A stretch of DNA of 64,000 nt from contig MFNO01000022.1 in assembly GCA_001782075.1 (NCBI GenBank), forward strand, positions 9,540-73,539. The letters are read 5' to 3'. The stretch's first letter is position 1; every line of letters begins with the position of its first letter. This DNA comes from Candidatus Levybacteria bacterium RIFCSPHIGHO2_01_FULL_38_26 (GTDB taxonomy: Bacteria; Patescibacteriota; Microgenomatia; Levybacterales; UBA12049). A model generated the notes under the pieces. It made no database searches. It was not told where the DNA came from and worked only from the letters and a program-made list of their open reading frames with translations. Both the position numbers and the translations under genes were made by a program. Shown here piece after piece: positions 20,305 to 30,617 of the stretch.

Positions 20305-22065
20305 TTAACCATTCTCAATCATCGATAGCAGGGCTTCTTGGGGGATGGAGATTTTGGCGTGGGACAACATCCTTGACTTTCCTTTTTTCTGAGCATCCAG
20401 AAGTTTGTCTTTTCTTCTTCTATCTCCGCCAGACATTTTTTGCAAAACGTCTTTTCTAAATGGCGGTATTTCTTCGCGAGCTAAAATATTCCCCGCGACC
20501 AATACTTGAATAACCTGTCTGAATTGCTGGCGAGGCAGAGAGTTTTTGAGTTTCAGTGCTTTTTCTCTTGCGACGCGAGACGCTTCTTCTTCATAGATAG
20601 TCTCGGATAAAACATCAATTGGATTGTCATTTACCCTAACTTCAAGTGGAGTAAGATTTGCTTCTTTATATGTTGACAGTTCATAATCAATACTCGCGTA
20701 ACCATTAGACGCAGCTTTCAACTCGTTTGAAAGACCTCGAATAAACATGCTATATGGCATATCATAGGAAAGCACGACATAATTATCATGGTATGCCATA
20801 TTGGCAAGTTCTCCCAGTCTTCCTTGGCAAACATTCATAACCGGGCCTACGCTGTCTTTGGGCGTATAAACAGAAAGCTTCATGTATGGCTCCAGCATTT
20901 TTCCTTTATCCTGAGCGGAGTCGAAGGATTTTTTATAAAGAACTTGGGGCATTGTTAGCAGAATATCCAGGTTAAACTCTTGTTTTAATCTCTCTTTTAT
21001 AATCTCAGCATGAAGAAGTCCCAGGAATCCGACTCGAAATCCGCTTCCCAAATATGAAGAATATTCATCTGTATAAGTTAGAGCAGTGTCATTTAGAATC
21101 AATTTGTTTAACGACTCTTTTAGCAAAACAAAGTCATTGCTGTTTTTGGGATACATGCCAAAAAACACCATGGGCTTTGGTAGTTGATATCCTGGCAACG
21201 CTTGTACTTCTTCTTCGGACTTTTGACTTGTTATTATTGTGTCTCCGATGCGGCATTGTCTAATATTTTTTATACCAGTAATTACATAACCTATTTCACC
21301 GGTTTGTAATTTGTCCGATGAAACAAGATTTGGCGAAAAATAGCCAATATCAGAAATTTCAGATGTAACATTGTTTTGGAAAAACTTAATACTGTCATGT
21401 TTTTTAATTTCTCCGTCGACAACTTTAACGTATGCAACAACTCCTCTAAATTCATCATAAACTGCATCAAATATTAAAGCTCTTAAGGGTTTTTCTTTCT
21501 TGCCCGAGGGCGGAGGTATTCTTTTTATTATCTCATCTATTAATAAAGTAACATTTTCTCCGTTTTTGGCAGATATATATAGTATTTCTTCTTTCTTAAA
21601 CCCGAAAACACTATTTAGGTCTTTTGTTACAATTTCGGCTTGTGCGTTTGGCAGATCTATCTTGTTAATAACTGGAATAAGCGTGAGGGTTTCTTTTAGC
21701 GCCTCTTTGTAATGCGCCACAGTCTGTGCTTGAATTCCTTGTGTAGCGTCTACCAAAAGTATTGCGCCCTCGCAAGCTGCCAAAGTCCTTGAGACCTCGT
21801 ATGAGAAGTCCACATGACCAGGAGTATCTATCAAGTTCAGAATATATTCTGAAGTTGAATCCTGAACTTTATATTTCATCCTGACTGGCGCAAGCTTAAT
21901 AGTTATTCCCCGCTCTCTGCTTATAGGGTTTTGGTCCAAAAACTGCTCAGCCATTTTTTCTTTTGGCACAGTGTTTGTTATCTCCAGCAGTCTATCGGCA
22001 AGAGTTGATTTGCCATGATCTACATGGGCAATAATGGCAAAATTTCTGATACTTTGTTGATTCAC
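20305..22065 (-). CDS. lepA: elongation factor 4 (LepA)
   Basis: IAHVDHGKSTLAD, RGITIK, DTPGHVDF, NKID, GFLGLLH, PRQQF; GTG start. Confidence 0.97.
   Translation of the reverse strand: MNQQSIRNFAIIAHVDHGKSTLADRLLEITNTVPKEKMAEQFLDQNPISRERGITIKLAPVRMKYKVQDSTSEYILNLIDTPGHVDFSYEVSRTLAACEGAILLVDATQGIQAQTVAHYKEALKETLTLIPVINKIDLPNAQAEIVTKDLNSVFGFKKEEILYISAKNGENVTLLIDEIIKRIPPPSGKKEKPLRALIFDAVYDEFRGVVAYVKVVDGEIKKHDSIKFFQNNVTSEISDIGYFSPNLVSSDKLQTGEIGYVITGIKNIRQCRIGDTIITSQKSEEEVQALPGYQLPKPMVFFGMYPKNSNDFVLLKESLNKLILNDTALTYTDEYSSYLGSGFRVGFLGLLHAEIIKERLKQEFNLDILLTMPQVLYKKSFDSAQDKGKMLEPYMKLSVYTPKDSVGPVMNVCQGRLGELANMAYHDNYVVLSYDMPYSMFIRGLSNELKAASNGYASIDYELSTYKEANLTPLEVRVNDNPIDVLSETIYEEEASRVAREKALKLKNSLPRQQFRQVIQVLVAGNILAREEIPPFRKDVLQKMSGGDRRRKDKLLDAQKKGKSRMLSHAKISIPQEALLSMIENG
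20908..20929. repeat. palindromic repeat core in-frame inside lepA
   Basis: ATCC-TGAGCGGAGTCGAA-GGAT; the 14-nt core is the exact reverse complement of 44811-44824; encodes SFDSAQD. Confidence 0.75.
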
Positions 22066-22085
22066 CAGGAAGATTATAGCAGAGA

Positions 22086-23858
22086 TTACGCTGCTAATCG
22101 CAAACTGTTTGGTTGGGGGAAGGCGTAATTAATAATATCCTTTAAGTTTCTTGCACCTGAGGCTTTCTCATTGTATCCAGCTAGTTGTCTTTTCACGGAA
22201 TAATCCCAGCTTTCAGGATCTTTTCCATCAACTATTCTTAGACCTCTTTGAGTTTGTCTATAGAGAGAATCTACTTCTTGTTGATGATTTTGGCCTGATA
22301 TGATTAAAGCTGGAGATGGTCTCACATCTGCTACTCCACCATCATCAGTTGAAACTAAAATTGTTCTATTTTTAATTGCCTTAAATATTGATGTTCCGCA
22401 TGCTTCTTTTCCGACAATTGGGTTATTTAGCCATAAATCTGTACCCGCTACCATCCGGCGGGCCAAGTCCTTGTCATAATCCTGAATGTAGTGGGCGCGA
22501 TTTCTAAGAATCGGGTTTTTGTCAATGGTATAAAGAATTTCCGGTATATCTCTACCCATATTGGGAACTTTTCCTGCAAATAAAAAATGAGCATTTTCAC
22601 TTTCAAGAATTTCTGCCAATCTTTCAGGATCTTCAAATGGCATTTCCGGTCTTTTGTAGGGGACAGGTCTTCTTGCCCATCCTATGGTTCTGGAACCATC
22701 CGGGATATATATTGGTTGATTGTATTGATCAAGTCTTGTTGGTAAATATTCCCTAAGCTCTCTTCTTGCTTTGTTTTTTATTGCTATTTGCAGGCTTGGA
22801 TCTAGGCTTAATATCCTTTCCAGCGAATCAGGACTTGGAAGACCGAACTCGTCTATTACACCTTTTTCGCGATCCATCCTTAGGAAATCCGGATGAGTCC
22901 ATCTGGAATGAACACCATTTGTAATTGCGTCAAAAGAGACATTTTGTCCATCAATATTCCTGAATTGTTCGCTTGCTTTTTGTGCATGGGGTTGGCTAAC
23001 GCCTATATATCTTTTGGCAAGAGCAAGGGCAAGATTGCTTAATTTTAATCTACCCCCTCCTTTTTCAACCATTTCCGCAAGCCAATTTCTAACACTTTCG
23101 CTCTTAAGATTCCTTGATACATATCGTTCAGTCTGATCTTCGTTGAACTCCGCTTCAGCTGCCTGCTCCAGAGTATGATTTACATAAATGGTTTTTTCCC
23201 GCACTTGTGATAGAGCTTGAGGTAAAGGTTTTCCGTCCTGACATAATTGATCAAGTTCTGCCAAGGGATAAAACGCAGCAGGCGACTCATTGACAAGAAC
23301 TATAGGTGGATTAATGCCCAGTTCTTTTATTGCTTTAAATCCCCCAAAGCCCAACACTGCTTTCTGATATAATCTGTGTTCTGAATCCGTTGCCCCATGG
23401 TATAAGCCTTTGAGACCGTTTTCGTAAGTGGTAACCATCCTTGAGCTTCCAAGTTCTTGGGTGTAAAGTTCAAGGGACGGCTCATCTCCATTAGCTTTGA
23501 TGTTGATTGAAACCGGTTCTTTTTTAAAACCGTTATTTTCCGGGTGCACGCTATATGTTTCTTCTCCCGGCCAGAGATTTGAGAGTTTTTGTCTCCACCT
23601 ATCGGGAGGAGAAAAAGTGAGGGCCGCATACGGGATTCCTGCGTCTGCTGCCTGGTGGAACTTGTCTCCCTCTAAAATTCCTAGGCCTCCTGCGAAAGCA
23701 CCGCCTAAAGCGTCATTTTCCATAGAGATAGAAAGGATTGGGGTTTGGGGGGAGAGAATTTTTTTTAGCTCAGAGCGACCTATGACATCTAAAAATGTCT
23801 TTTTACTAGGCAGTTCAGGAATAAGGCCATTATGACTTAACTGTTCAGCAGCTGCCAT
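22086..23858 (-). CDS. glgP: alpha-glucan phosphorylase (GT35), divergent
   Basis: GGLGILEGD, ITNGVH, ARRPVPYKRP, FAGK, EACGTSIFKA (PLP Lys). Confidence 0.85.
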   Translation of the reverse strand: MAAAEQLSHNGLIPELPSKKTFLDVIGRSELKKILSPQTPILSISMENDALGGAFAGGLGILEGDKFHQAADAGIPYAALTFSPPDRWRQKLSNLWPGEETYSVHPENNGFKKEPVSINIKANGDEPSLELYTQELGSSRMVTTYENGLKGLYHGATDSEHRLYQKAVLGFGGFKAIKELGINPPIVLVNESPAAFYPLAELDQLCQDGKPLPQALSQVREKTIYVNHTLEQAAEAEFNEDQTERYVSRNLKSESVRNWLAEMVEKGGGRLKLSNLALALAKRYIGVSQPHAQKASEQFRNIDGQNVSFDAITNGVHSRWTHPDFLRMDREKGVIDEFGLPSPDSLERILSLDPSLQIAIKNKARRELREYLPTRLDQYNQPIYIPDGSRTIGWARRPVPYKRPEMPFEDPERLAEILESENAHFLFAGKVPNMGRDIPEILYTIDKNPILRNRAHYIQDYDKDLARRMVAGTDLWLNNPIVGKEACGTSIFKAIKNRTILVSTDDGGVADVRPSPALIISGQNHQQEVDSLYRQTQRGLRIVDGKDPESWDYSVKRQLAGYNEKASGARNLKDIINYAFPQPNSLRLAA

Positions 23859-23944
23859 TTAATTTTGTCCTTATGTTATAGTATAAATTATAGTGCTTGG
23901 TTATTCTAACTTTCTTGACACAATCCTGACAAATTAGTTTGTCA

Positions 23945-25609
23945 TTACGGTTTTACAGTAGTTGCGTCTATAACTTCGTCGCTTTTCTTCAGAACTTCCC
24001 TCCAGTTGCCGATTTTTTTGAAAATAAGTAGAAACGTTGTTGCTTCTTTGACATTAAAAAGCCATGTTAAGAAAAGATAGAGACTAAGTCCTGCGAAAGC
24101 AGAAATTCCAGTAAGCATTATTAGGTTTATTGTTCGGGTTGTGTCAAAAACCAGTTGGTCTAAAAGTTTTATGGGGATATAAAGAGCAAAACCAGTAAAA
24201 AAAGTGGCTGAGAAGATTTTAAGTATTGGGAAAATTAGCGACGTTTTTTTAAATCCGCCAACCTTTCTATCAAGAAAAATGAATAAAATTACAAGATTAA
24301 TAATAGTAGCGATGGAATAAGCAGCCGCCATGCTTTCAATACCAAGTCCTGAGGAAAAGATAAATAAAAATCCAAGCGCGATCATAACAGCTGTGGTTGT
24401 AGCTCCTATATACAATGGTGTTTTTGTGTCGTGCAGGGCATAAAATCCTCTAGATACCAAATAGATAAGCGCTTGAGCAAAAAGTGATATGCTGAAAAAA
24501 GCAAGAGTTTTTCCTGTAAGAACAGTAGCTTCCCAGTCAAACTGTCCTGCTCCAAAAATAAGTCTTACAATAGGTATTCTTAATACAAGAAGGAGAACAG
24601 ATACAGGTAGAATTAGATAAAGTATTTGGTTAAAGCTAGCGACAAAAGTTGTCTTGAAGTTTTCTAAATTGTTTTTCTCTCTAGATAGGATCGGGAAGGC
24701 TGCCTGGGCGATAGACTGTCCGAAAAGAACAATTGGCGCGAATGCCAGGGTTTGGGCATAGTCAAATATTACATAATTTCTTCCAGGATTTGGCAGAAAG
24801 GAAATAATTGCCACTATTGCAATAGTGCCCATCTGGAAAATCGCCATTGCAACAGTTCGAGGCCACATAAGATGAAGAACCGCTAGCACTCCCGGTACTC
24901 TAAAGGAAAACGTTGGCTTGAAAGAAAACCCTATTTTTTTTACCATTGGAAGCTGAACGATAATAAAAAATAAAGCGCCAAGTAAGACTCCATAAGCTGG
25001 AGAAAAGATGCCAACTGTAGAGGAGAGAGTTATTATTCCGGTGATAATACCCAAGTTGTATAGCGCCGCTGCAATTCCTGGAATAAAAAAATGATTGTAC
25101 GATTGAAGCAGCGCAGAAAAAAAAGTTCCTATTATAAATAGTAATTGTCCAAAGATAATAATTCTTGTCAAATTTGCCATAAGATTCATTTCTTCATTTG
25201 AGAATCCAGACCCAAGATTAAAAATCGTGAGAAAAAAAGGAGCCCAAACAAAAAGTATCGCAGAAAGCACAGCAAAGATTGAAACTCCTATAGCAAGAAG
25301 ACTAGATGCCATTTTATGAGCTTCTTGAACCTTGTTTTTAGATAAATAGTCGGAGAAAATAGGAATAAATGCTGAGGCAAGAGCGCCCGCGATGATCAGC
25401 TGAAATAGAAAGTCAGGAAGGCGAGTGGAGGCAAGGTAAATACCTAAAGTGTCTGAAGCGCCAAAAATAGAAACTAAAAGTCTTTGCTTAATAAGTCCTA
25501 AAATTTGCGACAATATTATGGTTACCATGATGATAAAAGCTGCGGAGAGTATGTTGGTTTGACTTTTCAGAAGGAGGCTGAAGCCTTTTCTAAATAATTC
25601 GTGCGGCAT
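23945..25609 (-). CDS. murJ: lipid II flippase MurJ (MviN)
   Basis: RLPD, GALASAFIP, RGFYALHDTKTP; start reassigned to ATG 25609. Confidence 0.92.
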   Translation of the reverse strand: MPHELFRKGFSLLLKSQTNILSAAFIIMVTIILSQILGLIKQRLLVSIFGASDTLGIYLASTRLPDFLFQLIIAGALASAFIPIFSDYLSKNKVQEAHKMASSLLAIGVSIFAVLSAILFVWAPFFLTIFNLGSGFSNEEMNLMANLTRIIIFGQLLFIIGTFFSALLQSYNHFFIPGIAAALYNLGIITGIITLSSTVGIFSPAYGVLLGALFFIIVQLPMVKKIGFSFKPTFSFRVPGVLAVLHLMWPRTVAMAIFQMGTIAIVAIISFLPNPGRNYVIFDYAQTLAFAPIVLFGQSIAQAAFPILSREKNNLENFKTTFVASFNQILYLILPVSVLLLVLRIPIVRLIFGAGQFDWEATVLTGKTLAFFSISLFAQALIYLVSRGFYALHDTKTPLYIGATTTAVMIALGFLFIFSSGLGIESMAAAYSIATIINLVILFIFLDRKVGGFKKTSLIFPILKIFSATFFTGFALYIPIKLLDQLVFDTTRTINLIMLTGISAFAGLSLYLFLTWLFNVKEATTFLLIFKKIGNWREVLKKSDEVIDATTVKP

Positions 25610-25650
25610 ATGTATTTGCGATTTACAGTATATCATGCTAAAATATCCCA

Positions 25651-25971
25651 ATGCCAGTAATAAAAAGTGCAAAAAAGAAATTGCGCCAAGACAGAAAAAG
25701 GACGGCGCTGAATAAAAAATTTGAGGATCTATTCAGAAAATTAATCAAGCAGGCGGAAAAAAATTCTACAGAAGCAAACATCAGAAAAGCGGTAGTTGCT
25801 ATTGACAAAGCCGCAAAAAAAGACATAATCCACAAAAACAAAGCATCAAGACTTAAATCTAATCTTTCAAAACTTTTAAAAAGAGAAAAAAAGACACCTA
25901 CGAAAAACTTAAAGGCAACCCCAAAATCTTCCTCGAAGAGGAAGTCTTCGAAGATAAAAAAGAAAAAGTAA
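25651..25971 (+). CDS. rpsT: 30S ribosomal protein S20 with Lys-rich tail
   Basis: KSAKKKLRQ, IDKAAKKDIIHKNKASR. Confidence 0.95.
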   Translation: MPVIKSAKKKLRQDRKRTALNKKFEDLFRKLIKQAEKNSTEANIRKAVVAIDKAAKKDIIHKNKASRLKSNLSKLLKREKKTPTKNLKATPKSSSKRKSSKIKKKK

Positions 25972-25982
25972 TTTTTGGGGTA

Positions 25983-26011
25983 TTGACGGGAATATAAATA
26001 TGGTGTATATT
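25983..26011 (+). promoter_or_regulatory. tuf promoter
   Basis: TTGACG-N17-TATATT. Confidence 0.75.
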
Positions 26012-26057
26012 CCTAACTAGCCTTATAAGTCATAAGGTAATTTTTTTTTTATAAATT

Positions 26058-27245
26058 ATGGCAGAAGCTAAAAAGTTTGAGAGGACAAAACCCCATGTAA
26101 ACATTGGAACTATTGGTCATGTTGATCACGGTAAGACAACTCTGACCGCAGCAATTTCCACAGTTTTATCTAAAAAAGGAATGGCATCTGCCAAAAAATA
26201 TGAAGATATTGACAATGCTCCAGAGGAAAAAGCAAGAGGAGTTACGATTAATATCTCCCATATTGAGTACGAAACAGACAAAAGACATTACGCGCACATC
26301 GATGCCCCAGGTCACGCAGATTATATAAAGAACATGATTACCGGCGCCGCGCAGATGGACGGTGCTATTTTGGTGGTTTCTGCTCCAGATGGTCCAATGC
26401 CTCAGACTAGAGAGCATATTCTTCTTGCCCGCCAGGTTGGAGTTCCGGCAATTGTTGTTTTCCTTAACAAAGTTGACATGGTACAGGACAAAGAACTTTT
26501 GGAATTGGTTGAGATGGAAGTGAAAGAGCTTTTGACAAAATATCAATATCCCGGCAATGAAGTGCCGATAATAAGAGGCTCGGCTCTTAAGGCTCTTGAA
26601 GGAGATGCGGAAGCGGAGAAGCAAATAATGGCATTGATGGAAGCTGTGGACAGTTATGTTCCTACGCCCAAGCGTGACATTGACAAGCCGTTCTTGATGC
26701 CAATTGAAGACGTATTCTCAATTAAAGGTCGCGGAACAGTAGTAACAGGTAGAATTGAAAGAGGAAAAGTAAAAGTAAATGAGTCAGTTGAAATCGTTGG
26801 AATTCGAGACACAAAGTCTTCGGTAGTAACAGGTGTTGAGATGTTTAAAAAGCAGCTTGATGAGGGACAAGCAGGTGATAATGTAGGACTCTTGATAAGA
26901 GGAATTGAAAAAGACGATGTTGAAAGAGGTCAGGTAATCGCAAAGCCAGGAAGCATTACTCCCCACAAAGAATTTGAAGCAGAAGCTTATATATTGACCA
27001 AAGAAGAAGGTGGTCGTCATACACCATTCTTTACAGGATACAGACCCCAGTTTTATATAAGAACTACAGATGTGACTGCAGAAGTAAATCTTCCAAAGGG
27101 TGTCGAGATGGTCATGCCAGGAGACAGCACAAAGATGTCTGTAAAGCTAATTGTGCCTGTTGCCCTTGAGGACGGGTTGCGATTTGCAATAAGAGAAGGC
27201 GGAAAGACAGTTGGAGCCGGAGTTATCTCTAAAGTAATAGCATAA
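26058..27245 (+). CDS. tuf: elongation factor Tu
   Basis: [29 protein letters not shown]. Confidence 0.99.
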   Translation: MAEAKKFERTKPHVNIGTIGHVDHGKTTLTAAISTVLSKKGMASAKKYEDIDNAPEEKARGVTINISHIEYETDKRHYAHIDAPGHADYIKNMITGAAQMDGAILVVSAPDGPMPQTREHILLARQVGVPAIVVFLNKVDMVQDKELLELVEMEVKELLTKYQYPGNEVPIIRGSALKALEGDAEAEKQIMALMEAVDSYVPTPKRDIDKPFLMPIEDVFSIKGRGTVVTGRIERGKVKVNESVEIVGIRDTKSSVVTGVEMFKKQLDEGQAGDNVGLLIRGIEKDDVERGQVIAKPGSITPHKEFEAEAYILTKEEGGRHTPFFTGYRPQFYIRTTDVTAEVNLPKGVEMVMPGDSTKMSVKLIVPVALEDGLRFAIREGGKTVGAGVISKVIA

Positions 27246-27258
27246 GTACTTTAAAATA

Positions 27259-27567
27259 ATGCCTAAAGGAAGAATTAGGGTTCGTTTAAAAAGTTATGAC
27301 GCAAGAGTCATAGACGCTTGCTGTCAGCAGATTTTAGATACGGCAATACGTACCGGCGCCAAGGTAGTAGGACCAATCCCTCTTCCCACAAAACGTACTG
27401 TTTATGCCGTCAACAAATCTCCATTCATAGATAAAGACGCTAGAGACCACTTCGAAATGAAAGTTCACAAAAGGCTTATTGATATAATTTCACCAACAGA
27501 TAAAACAATCGACAGCCTCACCCATCTGGAACTCCCCGCAGGGGTAAATATTGAGGTAAGGATGTAG
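27259..27567 (+). CDS. rpsJ: 30S ribosomal protein S10
   Basis: GPIPLPT, HKRLIDI. Confidence 0.98.
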   Translation: MPKGRIRVRLKSYDARVIDACCQQILDTAIRTGAKVVGPIPLPTKRTVYAVNKSPFIDKDARDHFEMKVHKRLIDIISPTDKTIDSLTHLELPAGVNIEVRM

Positions 27568-27600
27568 TTTTCTTTTCCTAATTGTTACACATACTCCATG

Positions 27601-27745
27601 TTGCAATTCTTCGATGAGCGTTATATAATAGCCTTAAGTTAAGTCATGAGAAACCGAGCAAAGGAGGTATTCTTGGCTGCATAGTAGAAAGCTTTAGGGA
27701 AGAAATTCCTTGAATCAGAAGCGACTCTATGTAGTCGCTTTTTTT
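27601..27745 (+). promoter_or_regulatory. rplC promoter and structured leader with intrinsic terminator (candidate attenuator)
   Basis: TTGCAA-N17-TATAAT; terminator AAGCGACT-N6-AGTCGCTT plus T run at 27719-27745; alternative pairing 27675-27684 with 27727-27736. Confidence 0.7.
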
Positions 27746-27761
27746 GTTGTCAATTTTATTT

Positions 27762-28490
27762 ATGGCTCTACAGGCGTTATTAGGAAAAAAAATTGAACAG
27801 TCACAAAGATTTCTGGAAGATGGAACTCGTATTCCTGTTACAAGAATTCAAGTTTCAGGAAATGTGGTTGTTTCGGTTAAAACTAAAGATAAGAACGGGT
27901 ATGATGCCGTGCAAATTGGCTTTGGAACCAAAAAGAAGCCCGATAAAGCACTCCTGGGAATTGTTAAAAAAGCAAATCTTAAGACAGCTCCTTATACGCT
28001 AAAAGAAGTAAAATATGCTGACGCAGATGGTTCTGCGGCTCCGAGCATCAGCGAGGCGATTAAAGCTTTAGAGGTTTTTAAGCCAGGGGACATAGTTGAT
28101 GTTATTGGTATATCAAAAGGAAAAGGATTTGCGGGAGTCGTAAAAAGACATCATTTTAAAGGCGGACCAAGAACACATGGACAATCAGATAGAGAAAGAG
28201 CGCCTGGGTCAATTGGTCAGACAACCACCCCAGGTAGAGTTTACAAAGGCAAAAAAATGGCAGGAAGGATGGGGGCAGATCGAGTTACTCTGCAGAATTT
28301 ACAATTAATAGACGTATCTGATGATACGCTTTTAATCAAAGGTTTGGTTCCGGGAGGACGAAACAACTTGTTAACCATCAAAAAAGTGAGAGAGGCTAAA
28401 AAATTTATTCCTTTATATAAAGAACCAGAAGAGACAAAGGAGCCGCAGGAGGAAGTGAAAAAGGAGGAAAAGAAAGAAGATGGCAAATAG
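27762..28490 (+). CDS. rplC: 50S ribosomal protein L3
   Basis: KGKGFAGVVKRH, RAPGSIG; start ATG 27762. Confidence 0.98.
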   Translation: MALQALLGKKIEQSQRFLEDGTRIPVTRIQVSGNVVVSVKTKDKNGYDAVQIGFGTKKKPDKALLGIVKKANLKTAPYTLKEVKYADADGSAAPSISEAIKALEVFKPGDIVDVIGISKGKGFAGVVKRHHFKGGPRTHGQSDRERAPGSIGQTTTPGRVYKGKKMAGRMGADRVTLQNLQLIDVSDDTLLIKGLVPGGRNNLLTIKKVREAKKFIPLYKEPEETKEPQEEVKKEEKKEDGK

Positions 28491-29250
28491 TAAGAAATTA
28501 GAAATAAAAAGTAAAAAGTCAGAAGTAAAAGCAAAGAGTTCAGTTAAGGCTTCGGCAAACGCGCAAAAGTTAAGAGCGGCAGTTAAGAAAACAGGCGAAT
28601 TGAGCTTGGATTTATTTGATATTAAAGGTAAGACAGCGGGGAAAATTGATTTACCAAAGGAAATTTTTGGAGCAAAGATAAACAATCAGCTTTTAGCTCA
28701 AGCAGTCAGAGTTTATCTTGCAAATCAAAGAAAGGGCACCGCAGAGACCAAAACAAGAGGAGAAGTTCATGGATCAACAAGAAAGATTTGGAGACAGAAA
28801 GGAACTGGTCGAGCAAGACACGGTTCTAAAAAAGCTCCTATTTTTGTTCACGGCGGTATTGCTTTTGGTCCTCATCCTCGTGACTTTTCTCTAAAAATTT
28901 CAAAAAAAATGAAAAGACAGGCGCTTTTTTCTGCTTTATCCTCAAAGCTTAAGAGTAATGAAATAAAGGCCGTAACAGGACTTGAAAAACTAGATCCAAA
29001 GACTAAGTCGATGGCAGATGTTATTAATAATTTAGGAATAGACAAAAAGAAGAGGAATATACTTATGATAACTCCTCTGAAAAATGATTTAGAAAATGTT
29101 TATAGAGCAGCAAGAAATTTAGAGGGAGTGCGTATCTTAAACGCGAATGTGCTTAATACCTATGATGTATTGAATAACAGGTTGATACTCTTAATGGACA
29201 AGGCAGTAGATTCGATAAAAGAGAATTTCGCCAACGCAAAGATTAATTAA
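28480..29250 (+). CDS. rplD: 50S ribosomal protein L4 (N-terminal extension)
   Basis: KTRGEV, RQKGTGRARHGS. Confidence 0.98.
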   Translation: MANSKKLEIKSKKSEVKAKSSVKASANAQKLRAAVKKTGELSLDLFDIKGKTAGKIDLPKEIFGAKINNQLLAQAVRVYLANQRKGTAETKTRGEVHGSTRKIWRQKGTGRARHGSKKAPIFVHGGIAFGPHPRDFSLKISKKMKRQALFSALSSKLKSNEIKAVTGLEKLDPKTKSMADVINNLGIDKKKRNILMITPLKNDLENVYRAARNLEGVRILNANVLNTYDVLNNRLILLMDKAVDSIKENFANAKIN

Positions 29251-29251
29251 T

Positions 29252-29551
29252 ATGGATATAAATGATGTTATTATTGCGCCTATAATAAGTGAGAAATCAA
29301 TGAAAGATGTAAGTCTTCATAAATTTACATTTAAAGTTGCGGGAAAAGCTAACAAGAGATTTATTAAAAAAGCAATCCAGGACAAATTTAATGTAGACGT
29401 ATTGGATATTTCAACAAATATCGTGAAAGGAAAAAAGATGAGGGTTGGTTTGAGAAGAACCGAGGTTGAGAAAAGTCCCTGGAAAAAGGCGATTGTTACT
29501 TTGCCTCAAGAACAAAAAATTGCATTGTTTGATGTGGGAGGAAAATCTTAG
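29252..29551 (+). CDS. rplW: 50S ribosomal protein L23
   Basis: PIISEKS, WKKAIVTL. Confidence 0.96.
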   Translation: MDINDVIIAPIISEKSMKDVSLHKFTFKVAGKANKRFIKKAIQDKFNVDVLDISTNIVKGKKMRVGLRRTEVEKSPWKKAIVTLPQEQKIALFDVGGKS

Positions 29552-29556
29552 AAATT

Positions 29557-30297
29557 ATGAGTAAATTAAAGATTATTAAAAAGAAAAGATCCGGCAGGGA
29601 TTCAAGCGGCAGAATCTCTGTTCGTCACAAAGGCGGAGAGCACAAAAGATTTTTGCGAAATATTGATTTTAAGCGAGATAAGTTAGGAGTTTCTGGCAGA
29701 GTTGTCTCTATTGAATACGATCCAAATAGAACTTCTGATATTTCGCTTATCCAATACACCGATGGAGAAAAGCGCTATATTTTAAGACCTGAGGAGATAA
29801 ATCTTAATGATGTTATAAAGTCGGGTCAAGATGTAGAAATTAGGCCTGGAAATACATTGCCTTTGGCTTCGATGCCGGTTGGAACGGCGGTTCATAATAT
29901 AGAGCTTACACCAGGACACGGCGGTCAGCTGGCTCGAACAGCCGGGTCCTTCGCAACCGTATTGGCAAAAGAAGGTAATTATGTAAACTTGAAACTTCCC
30001 TCGGGAGAGATGAGAAGGGTGAGAAAGGAATGTTATGCAACTGTGGGCAATTTGGGTAATGTGAATTGGAAGAATGAAGTTATAGGAAAAGCAGGAAGGA
30101 AAAGAAATATGGGTATAAGGCCAACTGTTCGAGGGGTTGCGCAAAACCCAAGATCTCATGCGCATGGAGGAGGAGAGGGAAGAAGCGGAATTGGCATGCC
30201 TACGCCAAAAAATTATAGAGGCAGAAAAGCAGTCGGCAAGACGAGAAGAAAGAAAAAGTATTCAGATAAGTTTATTTTACAAAGGAGAAAAAAATAA
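29557..30297 (+). CDS. rplB: 50S ribosomal protein L2 (N-terminally short)
   Basis: IEYDPNR, RPTVRGVAQNP, HGGGEG. Confidence 0.98.
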   Translation: MSKLKIIKKKRSGRDSSGRISVRHKGGEHKRFLRNIDFKRDKLGVSGRVVSIEYDPNRTSDISLIQYTDGEKRYILRPEEINLNDVIKSGQDVEIRPGNTLPLASMPVGTAVHNIELTPGHGGQLARTAGSFATVLAKEGNYVNLKLPSGEMRRVRKECYATVGNLGNVNWKNEVIGKAGRKRNMGIRPTVRGVAQNPRSHAHGGGEGRSGIGMPTPKNYRGRKAVGKTRRKKKYSDKFILQRRKK

Positions 30298-30582
30298 ATG
30301 GGACGTTCAATAAAAAAAGGTCCATACATTGATCAAAAATTGCTTAAAAAAGTATTGAGACAAAAACAGATGGGTGATAAAACTGCTATAAAAACTTGGG
30401 CTAGAGCGTCACAGATTCCTCCAGAATTCGTTGGTCAAACAATTGCGATTCACAATGGCAGAATATTTATTAACATATTAATACAGGAGGGAATGGTTGG
30501 TCATCGTTTGGGTGAATTTGCGCCAACAAGAACTTTTAGAAGCCATGGAAGAGTTGTAGCAAGAGAGATTAGCAAGACTTAA
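30298..30582 (+). CDS. rpsS: 30S ribosomal protein S19
   Basis: [18 protein letters not shown]. Confidence 0.98.
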   Translation: MGRSIKKGPYIDQKLLKKVLRQKQMGDKTAIKTWARASQIPPEFVGQTIAIHNGRIFINILIQEGMVGHRLGEFAPTRTFRSHGRVVAREISKT

Positions 30583-30617
30583 AGACTAAAGGATTTATCG
30601 CTAAGATCTTAAAATAT

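Noticed and set aside
25610-25672. Longer track starts for murJ (also rplC, rplE, rpsK, rpoA, hup, idi, groL)
   Set aside because: The extensions overlap neighbouring genes or promoters and lack family similarity; downstream starts were chosen.
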